From Felis catus (taxonomy: Eukaryota): a stretch of DNA of 64,000 bases. The notes below the pieces were generated by a model that was not told the DNA's origin, made no database searches, and saw only the letters and a program-made list of their open reading frames with translations. The stretch is taken from the NCBI RefSeq assembly GCF_018350175.1, contig NC_058368.1:183646001-183710000 (forward strand). The letters run 5' to 3'. A program made the position numbers and the translations under genes. Positions 39,506-52,691 of the stretch are shown one piece after another. Within the stretch, counting starts at the first letter, position 1, and every line of letters starts with the position of its first letter.

Positions 39506-39836
39506 CAGCTGAAACTTGAACAACGCAGGGGTTAGGGTTTCAACACCTAGCAAAGTCAAAAATTCACATATAATTTTGACTCCTCCAAAACTTAACTACT
39601 AATAGCCTACTGTTGACTAGGAACTTTAGTGATAATACAGTCAACACATATTTTATATGTTATATATATATTGTATACTATGTTCTCACAATAAAGTAAG
39701 CCAGAGAAAGAAATGTTATCAAGAAAATCATAAGGAAGAAAAGATAACTTTATCATACTGCAATGCATTCATAAAAGAAAATCTGTATGTCAGCAGACCT
39801 GTGTGGTTCAAATCCAGGCTGATCAAGAGTCAACTG
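39506..39836 (+). mobile_element. Tigger2-like (Tc1/mariner) non-autonomous DNA transposon
   Basis: TA-flanked inverted termini CAGCTGAAACTTGAACAAC / GCTGATCAAGAGTCAACTG; internal TTTTGACTCC..AACTACTAATAGCCTACTGTTGAC. Confidence 0.85.
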
Positions 39837-39883
39837 TAATGGTAAGATTATCACAGAAAAGATTTTAGTCCACAAATTGCTCG

Positions 39884-40093
39884 TTTTAAAATTCTTTTAG
39901 TGTTTATTTATTTTTGAGAGACAGAGTGCAAGCGGGAGGAGCAGAAAGAGAGAGAGAAACACAGAATCCGAAGCAGGCTCCAGGCTCTGAGCCGTCAGCC
40001 CATAGCCCAATGTGAGGCTCGAACTCACAAACCGCGAAATCATGATTTGAGTTGAAGTCAGACACTTAACCAACTAAGCCACCCAGGCACCCC
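39884..40093 (-). mobile_element. Can-SINE (feliform)
   Basis: GAAGCAGGCTCCAGGCTCTGAGCCGTCAGC; complete. Confidence 0.95.
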
Positions 40094-41389
40094 CAAAATG
40101 TTCTTATATAGTCTGTTACAGAATATAAGAATATTCCAATAATATATAAATTCATTAATTCCCATAAGAATTGCTCAGGACATGTAAAAAGAAAGGCAAA
40201 AAAAGAAACAACTAACTATATACTTCTCTTGAGAACACAGTAATGTTCATAGGCTTTTTGCCCTATTGATAATGCATATTTTATTATAATAAATAACAAA
40301 AATGTATTTTCCAGAAAGACATTTAAATATGAGATATTAATTGATATTATTTTATGTGTTGATTTAGTTATTTTGCAATCACCTATGGTTACATGGAACT
40401 AAACAGACTTTAAGATTGAGATAAGATAGTTCAATTTATGGGCTGGTTTATTTTCTGTCTCAAATACTAGTTTAAAAGCCATTCACATATTCAACTTATT
40501 TCTTCTAAAAAATATTCAAGCCATTTTTAATTAAACTGTACTGCTTTCATATGATAGATCAATTCCCTTCTGTCCTGTGTGAACGGTCACTGGCTGTATA
40601 ATAACAGCATTAGAAATAAATGTGAACAGCTTTATTGCTTGGCCTATAATCATTATTAAAGTATTTACTGCTAAGTATAAAGATTAGGCTTCTAATAACA
40701 TCATTCATCAGCCTAAACTACTCTATGACACTCTTCAACTTGTCATTATCACCTACCTAAAGAGCTCACATTTCTATATAAATAACATTTACTCAAGGCT
40801 AAAGTTGAAACACTTATCACAGATATTATTTGGGAGAACCTTCCATCTAATTTTATTTTTTTCTATTTAATCTTTATTCCAATGATCTTAACAAGATAGA
40901 TAAAATATATTTTTGTTTCCAGTAGAGTAGTCTGAATAAGGAAGACTCTAAGATTATTTTGTGCCTTTGGATAGAAAAAAAAGTACCATGAGGAGCTTGA
41001 CTAAGTGAGAAAAATCCATTGAAATCATCATAGTCCTTCTCTAGTACATTACCCAACTGTCGCACAATTTTAACTCTACCATTATAAAATATGCCAAAGC
41101 AGGCCAGATCTTATCAAAACTCCCTGACATGCCTCCAAACCTCTCACCCATATAGTAGTTCTCTACTTCCAAACAGGAATACATTTCCAAGATCCCCGTG
41201 AATTTCATACAAGTCGTTGGTTGCAAATGACTCTATATTTCATAAAGAACAGATATGGTATTCCTTTGTGTCACTCAATTTATCTGCCTTATCTCTTCTC
41301 AGAATGTAATTTTGTTATAATAGACTTTTATTTATTTAATTTTTATTCATTCATCAAAAACATTCCATGTGTTTATCATATTGGAGCAG

Positions 41390-41680
41390 GAGTGCAGTGT
41401 GGAAACACCCAAGTTTCAATACCACACAGAATCAAGTTCAACCACACGTTCTGCTACTTGTGAACTGTTAAGCATTTAACTTCACTTCTCTAAATCTCAG
41501 TTTTCTCTTCCATAAATTATTACAAATCCAAGGCAAATTTTAACCATGTTATATATGTGTGATGCAAGACTCTTAAAGGATTATTAAGAGAGGCAAATGA
41601 AACAATTTTTACAAAGTGCTAGGAAAGTATCTGGCCAAAAAATGAGCTTTTAATAAATGTCATTGCCACTATTACTGCTA
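41390..41680 (+). mobile_element. MIR
   Basis: CTTCTCTAAATCTCAGTTTTCTC..TAAAGGATTATTAAGAG..AAAGTGCTAGGAAAGTATCTGGC..AATAAATG. Confidence 0.65.
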
Positions 41681-42301
41681 CTGTTGCTGCTGCTACTGCT
41701 ATTTCTACTACTTTAAATCTGCCAATGAATCAAAGGCCAATTCTTGTGTATGCAATATTAACTATGAATTAACTTCATATGCTGTGCTCCCCCACAGTTT
41801 AATCAAATTATTCTCCTTTGCAACTCTCATAGTACCATTCTCATTTTTGTATCCTGCTCTTTCCTCATTTTGTATATTGTTTCTTAACCTGCAATGTTTT
41901 TCTATCTCTTATTGTTAACAAATTTAAGGAAAAGAAACGGGATGGACAGAAGGTTCCTTGGAGGACAGTGTTTTGGGGGACAATAGGGATTCAGAAGGGA
42001 TAGAGCAGACCATAACTTAGAGATGACAACCGATTGGAGTCAAAAGAAGCTACTGCAGAAACCATTGTACACAATGAAGGTGTTTGAAGGCTTACACTAA
42101 GTTCAAGGCAATTAAAGTGGAAAGATAAAGAATCCAAGAGTCATTGCTAGTAAAGAGTGAATAAAGTTAGGGAATAATTATATAGATTTAGTTCACATTT
42201 TAAATAAATATAACCATGAGGTGCATAAGAATAATCAAAGACACCAATCAACTGAGAAACTTGCCTGTCTTCTACATATGCAGGTTTTAAAGCCATGGGG
42301 A

Positions 42302-42302
<1 letters not shown>

Positions 42303-42348
<46 letters not shown>

Positions 42349-42352
42349 CGTG
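42303..42352. repeat. (TG)n microsatellite
   Basis: Directly visible. Confidence 0.95.
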
Positions 42353-42921
42353 TGGTGATGGTAGAGAAAAAGGGACATGCTGAATTTACAAGTTTGCACA
42401 CTGAATTAAAGATGCTTTGGAAGAGCTAGGAGAACAGAACCTATGAGTTGGTGAATATTATATAACACACACATATAATTTCCAACAACATTTTTTTAGA
42501 TACTTATGTGTAAGGCACGGGTATTATCCTTCTATTTTTCAACTAGAGGCAACTAGGGAAAATTAGCTAATGAAAAAGTAATATGAACTTAGGTATGAAT
42601 AAAATAGTATCAGTGGGTATTATTACATATTGAATTTTATAGCAAAGAATAGGAACTGTGTGTGTGTGTGTGTGTGTGTAGCAAATGTGGTGTACATCAC
42701 TATATGTAAATAGGTATTCAACACAGGTTTACAATACATTACCAGTGATTACCAAATTTAATCAGAAACTCAGACTTGGCAACTTCACATACTACTGCAC
42801 TGCATGTAGGACAATTAAAACAATGGTATTATCAAAATTATTAGTAGTAACAGTAATAGTAGCAACAACACTGTAAAGTTTTCTTTGTTTTTTTTTTTTC
42901 AGGGCTAAAATATAAGTAGTA

Positions 42922-43080
42922 GGGGTGACTTGGTGGCTCAGTCAGTTGAGCATCTGACTCTTGGTTTCTGCTCAGGTCATGATCTCTTGATCATGGAGCT
43001 TGCTTGGGATTCTCTCTGTCCCTCTCTCTCTCTCTGCACCCCCATCCTCTGCCTCTCAAAATAAATAAATAAACATTAAA
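42922..43080 (+). mobile_element. Can-SINE (older, internally deleted)
   Basis: Head plus CT tract and tail; middle segment missing. Confidence 0.9.
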
Positions 43081-43093
43081 AAAATAAGAAGTA

Positions 43094-43311
43094 GGGGCGC
43101 CTGGGTGGCTCAGTCGGTTGAGCGTCTGACTTCAGCTCAGGTCACGATCTCACAGTTCGTGAGTTCGAGCCCCGCATCAGGCTCTGGGCTGATGGCTCAG
43201 AGCCTGGAGCCTGCTTCCGATTCTGTGTCTCCCTCTCTCTCTGCCCTTCCCCCATTCATGCTCTGTCTCTCTCTGTCTCAAAAATAAATAAATATTAAAA
43301 AAAAATTAAAA
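43094..43311 (+). mobile_element. Young feliform Can-SINE
   Basis: Near-consensus with CpGs retained; TSD aaaataagaagta / aaagtaagaagta. Confidence 0.97.
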
Positions 43312-44462
43312 AAAGTAAGAAGTAAACATGCACTCTTATTAACATGAACTATTATTAATTGCCAGATGTTTTCTATGCACCATAAATTTATTACATAATT
43401 TAATCTTTAAAATAACCCTATGTGTTTCATAATGTTATTATTCTTCATATATTAGAAAATATTATATTCCATGATCTCTCATGAACAAAATTTCTGAGGT
43501 AAATGTCTTGCTTCTCTTATCTTTCTCAACAATAATTAATAATGGCTATCTAGAAGAAAGAAATTATTAAATGTTTTCTGGTGTGACTATTTCAAACATA
43601 TGGTTCTTTAGAATACATTTTGACAAATTATTAAATCTGTATGAGTAAAGATGGTGTCTTATCACTTTATTTCCATTCAATAGGTAATATAATCCCTGAC
43701 ACACATAGGTGTTTAAAGTGGTTTTTACTTTGGCTTTCTGATGTCTCCCTACCCACCTCTTCCCATTTTCTATAATCACAGCTCTCTTTTATAAATTTCT
43801 AATCATGCATAGGCTTGATGGGAGCTAGTTTAATTCCTACCAATGGAAAAACCAATAAAAGTAGATTCAGATTCTCCTCCCCAGCATATTAAGGCAACAG
43901 GTGTATGCCTCATATTCAGTCATATATACCCTCTCTTGAAAAATCTTGAGAGAGTGACAATCTTCAGAATGAAAATTTGAAAGCATTGCCATAAGAACAT
44001 GAAAACATGAGGTCACCTTCACTGTGGTAACAGACCAGAGTTGGGGAGTCCTAGACTTTCTGGGGAATGAGTTCTGCTGCACTCCTTTCTGCATTTGCTA
44101 TTAGTTTCTCAGGTAGTCTCCAAAGATAAGTAAATCAAACTCAGAACTGTTATGAAACATGATTTTATTCCATTAGAAAGGAAACAAGGATTAATTGGTA
44201 ATTCCACTGTGGATTCATGGCTTCAAATGATTATATATCAATTTTCCATTTATATTAAAAATAAGAAATGTTTTAATGGCATATGAACAATCTTCCTCCT
44301 AACATTATTTAGAGTAGAATTACTCTATTTATTTCCAGGTGCTGAAGTTTGCTGTTTGATTGCCACACTTTTTTATGGATTATGGGAACAAGGCAGCAAA
44401 AATCAAGAAAGGTTATTCTAAAAAGTGTAGACCATGCACATCTAACACACTGATACTTCTTT

Positions 44463-44667
44463 TATTTTTTTAAATTTATTTATTTATTTTGAGAGAGAGA
44501 GAATACACATGAGTTGGGGAGAGGCAGAGAGAGGGAGAAAGAGAATCCCAAGCAGGCTCCATGCTGTCAGCACAGAGCCCGATGGGGGCTCGATCCCATG
44601 AACAACATCAAGACCTGAGCTGAAGTCAAGAACGAATGCTCAACTGACTAACCCACCCAGGCGCCCC
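44463..44667 (-). mobile_element. Can-SINE
   Basis: Complete; TSD acactgatacttcttt / acagtgatacttcttt. Confidence 0.95.
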
Positions 44668-45711
44668 GACAGTGATACTTCTTTAATACTAGCATGCCTA
44701 ATGTCACCACTCTTCAGTATGCACCTAGCTTAAAAATATTAGAACAATACAGATAAGCTTTAACCTAAAAAGAATACACACCATTAAACTTCTCAAATAC
44801 TGTATTTGAAAACCTATGATGTTAGTATATTAAGTTATTTCTTAACTACTCTATAACTCTTCCACACATTCATTTTACTAATTTTGATTACAGTTTAGTT
44901 AAGCATTAATCCACTTTTCCTATTCTGTTCCAAATTTTTGCATCTGAATTCAGATTAGATAAGTGTTAAAGCCACAAGAGAATCAATATCTAATATATTT
45001 CTGAATGTAGTCCTCAGCATTTTTATCTTGAATTAAAACAACTTGAAGTGTTCACAGTATATCACCTTTAATCAAGTGTAACCATAAACTACAAAGAATT
45101 TAAAATGAAATGAGTATAAGACATTTCACACTCCAAGCAGTCAGATGATAATAAGTTTCCACCTGTTAACATATTAATAACAGTGTTAAAGAGCACAATG
45201 TGCCCGAGGTATTACAAGTCTGTGAAATTTTACATGTGTCAAAGAAACAGTTTGCTTGTTAGCAACTAGTTAGAGTATCAAAGCAGAGTGAAATCCATAG
45301 GGAAACCAGTTGTGTAATAAGGAAAAGGGGAAAATTTCATTTCTTGAATCATTCAAAATATCCCATAAAAAGCACTTGTATAATATAGCAAGGGTTGCAC
45401 TCTGAAGGATATTAGATGACCTACAGTAATAGATCATTTCTAACCTGAATGTCTGTGATCGATATGTCATAATTTTAATGGTACACTCAGGAAGAAGAGA
45501 CAAACGGACTGCTAATACCACAAGCTGAAGGGGTAATATGGCTAGGCAGAACATATGGAGAGATTACCTCATCATAGTAATAAGTTGGTTAAATTAGAGT
45601 TCAAAGATTATTTTACTTTCTTCCTAGAAGTTTTTCCTTTGTTTGAAAACACTGAAAGTATTGTAGCACTAAGCTTAAAATGCGAATACGAAAAAAAACT
45701 AATCAGGCCAA

Positions 45712-45929
45712 GGTTGCCTAGGTGGCTCAGTCAGTTGAGTGTCCGACTTCAGCTCAGGCTATGATCTCGTGGTTCGTGGGTTCGAGCCCCGCATTGGGTT
45801 CTATGCTGACAGGTCATGACCTAAAGCCTGTTTCAGATTCTGTGTCTCCCTTTCTCTTCCCCTGTCTCACTTGTGCTCTGCCTCTCTCTGTGTCAAAAAA
45901 AATCATTTAAAAAAATAATAAAAAAAAAT
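45712..45929 (+). mobile_element. Can-SINE (feliform)
   Basis: GGTGGCTCAGTCAGTTGAGTGTCCGACTTCAGCTCAGG..GGTTCGAGCCCC. Confidence 0.94.
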
Positions 45930-47200
45930 AAGGAGGCCAAACAGGGCATAATATACTTTGCATACAAATTTTTAAAACATTATTCAACCTTAAAAAAAGG
46001 CCAAAGATAAAATAAACATGCAACATTTTCATTAAGCTCTTTTATTGCTGAAAACTCAAAAAAAATGTTCATAAAAAGTACATTGATGTAAAATGTTCAT
46101 AACAAGTATTTCTTTTGGTTTATCTTCTTTCTATATTTAATGACTAAGGCACTCAAACAGAAAATCATGATACCTGTATTTAGTATAATTGTCAAACATT
46201 TGCATATCTCTTATAATCTCCCAACATGTTGGCTTGACTATATCACACATGTTTCCTTTCCATGAACCATCCCCCCCCCCAAAAAAAAAAACAGAAACAA
46301 AAAAAAAAAACACTCCTAAAAAATCCTCAATTAAGAATTGCTTATCTATTAGCTGATTATCCATTGTTTAATCATTTGGGCTATTACTGATTTCTGATTA
46401 ATATAAAGGATTGCTCTTCACAATGAGAAATGGAATTAGCCATGCATAATAGTAACATTTTTTACATTTATCTTCCAGAATAATATTAAAATTGTATAAA
46501 ACCATGATGTAAGTAAAATAAGGCAAATTAGCACAGTAAACAGTAAAGAAATTGATGTTAAAAATAATCACAGTCTCCCTAAGAACAGAAAGGTGCCCTT
46601 AACTAACCTTCTACTGTGAATAAAGACTAAACTCAAAGTCTTCTGAACCAGTATTAGTCAATCCCACCGGCACACAGGGAGAACCCACGTACCAACCAAA
46701 TAATCAAGGAAACTCACAAGCAGTCATTATGCTAAGTACATGAAGGGAAGGTCTATATAAGGGCATTTTGTTCATGTATTTAATATACCAGCTTCCACAA
46801 TTTAGATTGGGAAGAACTAATAGAAACATGCTGATTGCATACCCACTATAGAATAATGAACATTTGTACTTTGTTTCCTACAAGCAAAAACAGGAAAGTA
46901 TATTCTTTAAATAACTATAAATAGTTCATATAAAGCCACATGTAGAAAATGGAGACTGATATATATACAGTTTATTTACCCTAGTTAATAAGGGCCACAC
47001 AATACCTACACAAATCTAAGGATAATAAAAGCTCAACGTTCATAATGAGGGCTGTGCCTAAATTAATTACCTAAATTATTTGCCTTTTCAAATGGTGTTC
47101 TGCTGGATATGGTTGGGCAGCACACTGTTGGAAAGAAAAAACTGTCCCACATGCAAACATGTATGTGAACTCCTGCTTGCACTCTTTACAAAAAAAAAAA

Positions 47201-47248
<48 letters not shown>

Positions 47249-47471
47249 GCAATGATGTAATTTCATCTCATTAAAGGCTCAAGTTGTTTAATGCAAGTGG
47301 GCATGTGTCACTCTTTTTAGAGCACTCCATGTTTTTTAAAACAAGTCTGAGGATTTCTAATAAATTATGGAGTTGAAGATGCATCAGCTAAGGGTGAGGA
47401 AAATTTGTAATTTGCCAAAGCTAAGAGAAGGAACAATTACTCATACTTTGAATAAAACATTGGGTTCAGTA

Positions 47472-47570
47472 CAGAGTCTAATGCAGGGCTGGGGCTTGAA
47501 CTCACGAACCGCGAGATCATGCCCTGAGCCAAAGTCGGATGCTTAATTGACTAAGCTAGTCAGACGCCCC
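47472..47570 (-). mobile_element. Can-SINE 5' (tRNA-derived) fragment
   Basis: GGGCTTGAACTCACGAACCGCGAGATCATG..GACGCCCC; no CT tract or tail. Confidence 0.85.
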
Positions 47571-48194
47571 AGAAAGATTTTTTTTTTTAATTTAAAGAAC
47601 GGGTTATTTCTTCTAAAAGAAGTTAAATATAAAACCATTAGGGTATACTACAGTTTCCCTTATAAACTACTATATCTCATAAAAACACTAGTAAATGTAC
47701 ATGAACGCCATTGCCTTATTTTCTGCTTCATTTTATCAAGCTAAAACTATTGCCAAAAGACTGTATAAGACATAGATTAAACATATCATTCAAACCATTT
47801 GGAACTTAAAAAAAAATTCGAATCAATTTCTCTCCTGAGATTTTTTTACCCAGATAAACAGCCTCTGGCAAAAATAATTTTAAACAATCGCTACAGCAAT
47901 TTTGCAGCTATTGCAAACATGTTCTGCCTAAACCAGAGTAATAACATGTAACTGGTATCTGTGATTCATTCTCCATACAAAACTGAAATGCATTTGAAAA
48001 ATCACTCACATCATACTGTTTTCTTCTCATTACATAGAGACTACAACTCACACATACTGCCACGTGATAAAAGGACTTTTTGCAAACTGGCCCTTGTGTA
48101 CTTACTAAATTTATATCTATCATTCACTACCTTCCTTTTTCGGATTCAACAACACTGGCTTTATAATTTGTCCTCAAAATTGCCAGACTTGATG

Positions 48195-48551
48195 TTACCT
48201 TAGCGATTTTGCCCTCACAGGTAACTCTGCCTGGTAGGATCTTCCTCTAGACCTTGATATAACCAACATCCTCTAGTATAGGATGAGGCTGATTTAATGG
48301 CCACATCTCTAAGAGGATTGTATTAAGTACAATACCTAAATAAGCATACCTACAGTCTTTGTCACTGCAATATGCATTTTTAAAATAATGGAGGTTTTCA
48401 CTATCTGAACTGATCTTATCTTTTTTCTCTCTCCATCAAAATATAAACTCTGAGAAGCAATTTGACTGATTTCTTCATAACTTTATATCCAGTGCTTAGA
48501 AAAGCATCTGACTCATAAAACATATTAAATAATTATTTGGGGAGTGAATGA
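48195..48551 (+). mobile_element. L2 3' end
   Basis: CTCTGCCTGG.., AATATAAACTCTGAG.., TATATCCAGTGCTTAGAAAAGCATCTGACTCATA..GAGTGAATGA. Confidence 0.65.
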
Positions 48552-50540
48552 CAATCACCTGCCTGGATTAATATATCATGAAAATATACATTTGGATTAA
48601 TTTTAAAATTCCCAGAATGTATACAGTTAGCAATCTTAGAGTAAGTGTGTTTTACTGATATACCTCTAGGATACATACTTTAACAACAACAACAAAAAAG
48701 GGTAACTTTATTCTTCATTTAAATAACATGTGCTTTTCTCATAGAAGTTCATATAATTTGATGGCCATAATAAAAAAACAATTTTTCTTACTCAGTTTTA
48801 TTTGCAAGTGGTGTTTTTTGTTAATGAAATATAAAGTAATTCATGAAGTATCCAACTCCTAAGAACAATAATTTAGAAATCAGAATTTGTGATACAGAAC
48901 AGACCTGGTGGGTATCTATTAATGACATGTAAATAAAACAGTAGACTTCCTTGATTGGCAGGAAAAAAATTAAGTTGTGTCCATGGTGGCCTGGCAAATA
49001 CTCCTTGCATAGCATGACCAACGATATATTTTGTATATTAAATATTTTGTTCTTAATTTAGAATTCCAAAATGATCTCTGCATATCAAATTCTAATTATA
49101 TAACAGTCCTTGCTCAATCTGAAATGTAGCTATTTTATACAAGTGCCAGCCACTGGACCATTTTTTGTGGTATGAGAGCCTAATTTTCAAGACAAGGCAG
49201 TGTGGATAGTGACAGGAATAAACAAAAAGCCATTAACATGATTCTTAAACATGTTCAAATATGAGGTATTATGAATAAAGCTTTTATCTTAATTTTCAGA
49301 AGAGTATAAACAAATGATTATAGAAATCTCTTTTCTTTGAAGTTCTTCCCATGATTGCTACCATGTGTGATTCAAAATAATTATTACTAAATGACTTCTA
49401 AAAGGAGGAGATAATATTTTGTGGGGGTCTTTACACATTTTAAAAAACCATACAATATTTGTTGGTGACTAAAATGTTATACATTTCAATAAATTTGTTC
49501 ACTGATCCTCAAATACCTAAAGACTGCACTACATCATGAATGATCCTTTTATAAAAGTTTAGCCACCTAGGAGTGGTAATCATAGTTTGATGCTGTCATC
49601 TATTATATTTTTGATAATTTTTTTATATTAACTTTTAATAGATCAAGTTAACTAGGTTTGACATCCCCTGCCACATATTTAAAAAAAGATGCTTTCACCT
49701 AAGAAGTGGATATTGACCCTTTTTTAAATACAGACATAGGACTTGTATGTAGCTACTGTATAGTCACCCATACACATAAACACATGCATATCTCTCAAAT
49801 TCAAGCAAAAGTAAAATTGCACATGCTATTTTCCAGAAACAGTGTAATTTGATTCATGTCCCACTTACTAATCTATTTTTTATGGTGGTTTGGGAGACAA
49901 ACACTTATTGTAAATTGTCAAGTGCATTATCAATAAGTGTCACTGCAGCCACTCTTTTCTAAGTTCATTTAAAAATTTAATAAAAATATCCTGTTAGATT
50001 ATTGGGTACAGTTATCTATTTGAAAACCAAATATAAGTGAGTAATAAATAGTCTCTTTCGAAGACAATGCAGGTCCTTCAAACTAATTATAGAAATCACA
50101 AATATATATAATTAAGTCTAAATCATGCTTGGGTTTTTTTTTTTCCTTTTCCTCTCCAAATGACACAAATCTAACTCAAGCTCTGTTTCTATAAACTGTA
50201 ACAGGGTTCATTCAAAAACTCTTTTAACTAGAAGTCAATAAATGTCAAAACAAAATGACAAGCTTTGATCATTCTTTATTCCTTTTGTACTTTTGTATTT
50301 GCTGCTTACAGCACAAGAGCAGCGTTGTTGTTGTTGTTGTTGTTAATTAAGAGAAAACAAAACTTTTGATAAAATACCTTATACACTGCTAATTTATCAA
50401 GCACTTTTTTATTATGAAATGCGGCTTTTTCATTTCTGTCCACATCTATATTACCATCTCTCCAAACTGCCCTGAGTTCCAGAGTTCAAGCTACTTTTCA
50501 AAACTGTTTTTTGTTGCAGTTGTTGTTGTTGTTATTTTTA

Positions 50541-50655
50541 GGGGCACCTTGGTGGCTCAGTCAGTTAAGCATCTGACTTCAACACAGGTCCATGCATTTG
50601 ATCTCCCCATCAGGCTGTAAGCTTATACATCAGAGCCTGGAGCCTGCTTCAGATG

Positions 50656-50698
<43 letters not shown>

Positions 50699-50751
50699 CC
50701 CTTCCCTGCTTGTGCTCTCTGTCTCAAAAAATGAATCAACATTTAAAAAAA
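50541..50751 (+). mobile_element. Can-SINE (feliform)
   Basis: Head, CAGAGCCTGGAGCCTGCTTC, long (CT)n, tail. Confidence 0.94.
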
Positions 50752-50769
50752 TGTTTCATCTTGTTTAAG

Positions 50770-52440
50770 TTTTTTTTTTAATTTTATAAAATAACATACA
50801 TAAAAGAAAGTTCATAAAATATCAATAATTAGCTTTGACACATTATTATATAGCAATTAGCCACATAATTATCACAGCACAGATGTCTGCAGTAAAGAAG
50901 AATCTTGCTTTTCCAACTCTACCTCTTCCAGATCACACCACATTTATATTCTCCCTTTACTTTTATTTCTTACTTCCCATTTTATAGTTTTACTAACTGG
51001 GTGTGCATACTTAAAACATTAATGTTTATCTTTCTTTTGAGTTGTATAAAAAGTGTTTTAAGATTTATTGTTATAGCACATGGAGCTGTAGTTCACCAAT
51101 TTTCACTAAAATAGGGTATTTTATACACACACACACACACACACATATATACACATATATGTAAATAATATTTTAGTTGGGTTTGCTAAAATATTTTATT
51201 AATTTTAATAATAAGCTTGTATATTTTCTAATTTCCAAGTAGATAATAGTATCATCCACTTAAATGAATGTTGGTATATTATTTTAAATGCCTTTAAATT
51301 TTATATCTTTCTCTTAACTGATTGCATTAAGACTTCAGAACAAAATTAAACAGTACTGGTGATACTGGGAACACATCATTTGATCTTGTTCTTGATGAGA
51401 AAAAAAATTTCATTTTTTTTAGAGATTAAATATTAACTATGATGTCTTTTGTAAAGCTTTTGTAAATATCTTTTTTAAAAATTTTTTAAGTTAAGGAAGT
51501 TCCCTTCTTTTCCTACTTTTTCTGCTGAGGTTTTTTTTTTTCTTTTTTTTTTTTTCCTTAAACAGATTTTGAATTTAATCAGCTTTTTCTTTACCCATTG
51601 AGATAATGTGAGTTTTCTTCTTTATTCTATAATGTGGTAAATTGTATTTACTGATTTTTCTAATGTTAAATCAACCATGGATTTCTGAAATAAGCTTCAA
51701 ATGAGTATGTTTTTGTGTTTGCTTTTTGCAGATATGGCTTTCTGAATTTTGCTTAATAGTTTTGAATTTATGACTATGACTAAGATTATGTAAAAATAGT
51801 CCTTTCCTATCCTTTCTTTGCTGGGTTTTAGCGTCAAAGTTTTGCCAGGCTAAAAACCAAAATGCAGAATAAGTATGTACTTTTTTGTTTGCATTTTTGG
51901 AAGTTTATGAAATATGGGTATTTTTGTATATATCATGCACATTTGTTAGACACTGCTAGAGAAGTCAAATGGGCTTAAAAATTTGGGAAAGTTTTAATTA
52001 CGGATTCAGCGTCTTTTAAAAGTGTATTAGGTATTCTATTTCTTTTTGTGACAATTCTGGTGTGCATTCCTACAAATTTCCCATTTTATTCAAATTTTCA
52101 TTTTTGGCATAAATTTTGTTTATAACTTACTTCTTTTTTTTAATGTTTACTCTAGAAGATCTAGAGTATTTTTTATGCTTTTCAATCCTTATATAGTTAT
52201 TTCTGTCTTTTATTAATTTTGTTCATTCACACCAATGATTTATCATAAATCTATTCAAAATAGGACATTTTTTCCTTTCATTGCATATGTGTGTGATATA
52301 AATAAATATATATGCTTGTATAAATTTCTACTAATTACTATAGCTTTATTAGTTCTAATTTCTATTCTTAATGTTATTATCTCTATCCTTTTATTTTCCT
52401 TTGGCTTTATATTGCTTGGGTTCTAACCTCTGAAAATAGA
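50770..52440 (-). mobile_element. Old LINE-1 fragment (continues after 58650)
   Basis: TTAAGGAAGTTCCCTTCT, CCATTGAGATAATGTG, TAATGTTAAATCAACC decayed ORF2 motifs. Confidence 0.65.
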
Positions 52441-52691
52441 TACATGCATTAAGCAAAAGCTTCTTTTTTTTTTTAAATATGAAATTTATTGTCAAATTGG
52501 TTTCCATACAACACCCAGTGCTCATCCCAACAGGTGCCCTCCTCAATACTCATCACCCACACTCCCCTCCCTCCCACCCCCCATCAACCCTCAGTTTGTT
52601 CTCCGTTTTTAGGAGTCTCTTATGGTTTGGCTCTCTCCCTCTCTAACCTTTTTTTTTCCTTCCCCTCCCCCATGGTCTTCTGTTAAGTTTC

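Noticed and set aside
43094..43180. tRNA-like sequence with A/B boxes
   Set aside because: Head of a tRNA-derived SINE, not a tRNA gene; the same applies to all other SINE heads and their MAQSV.. ORFs
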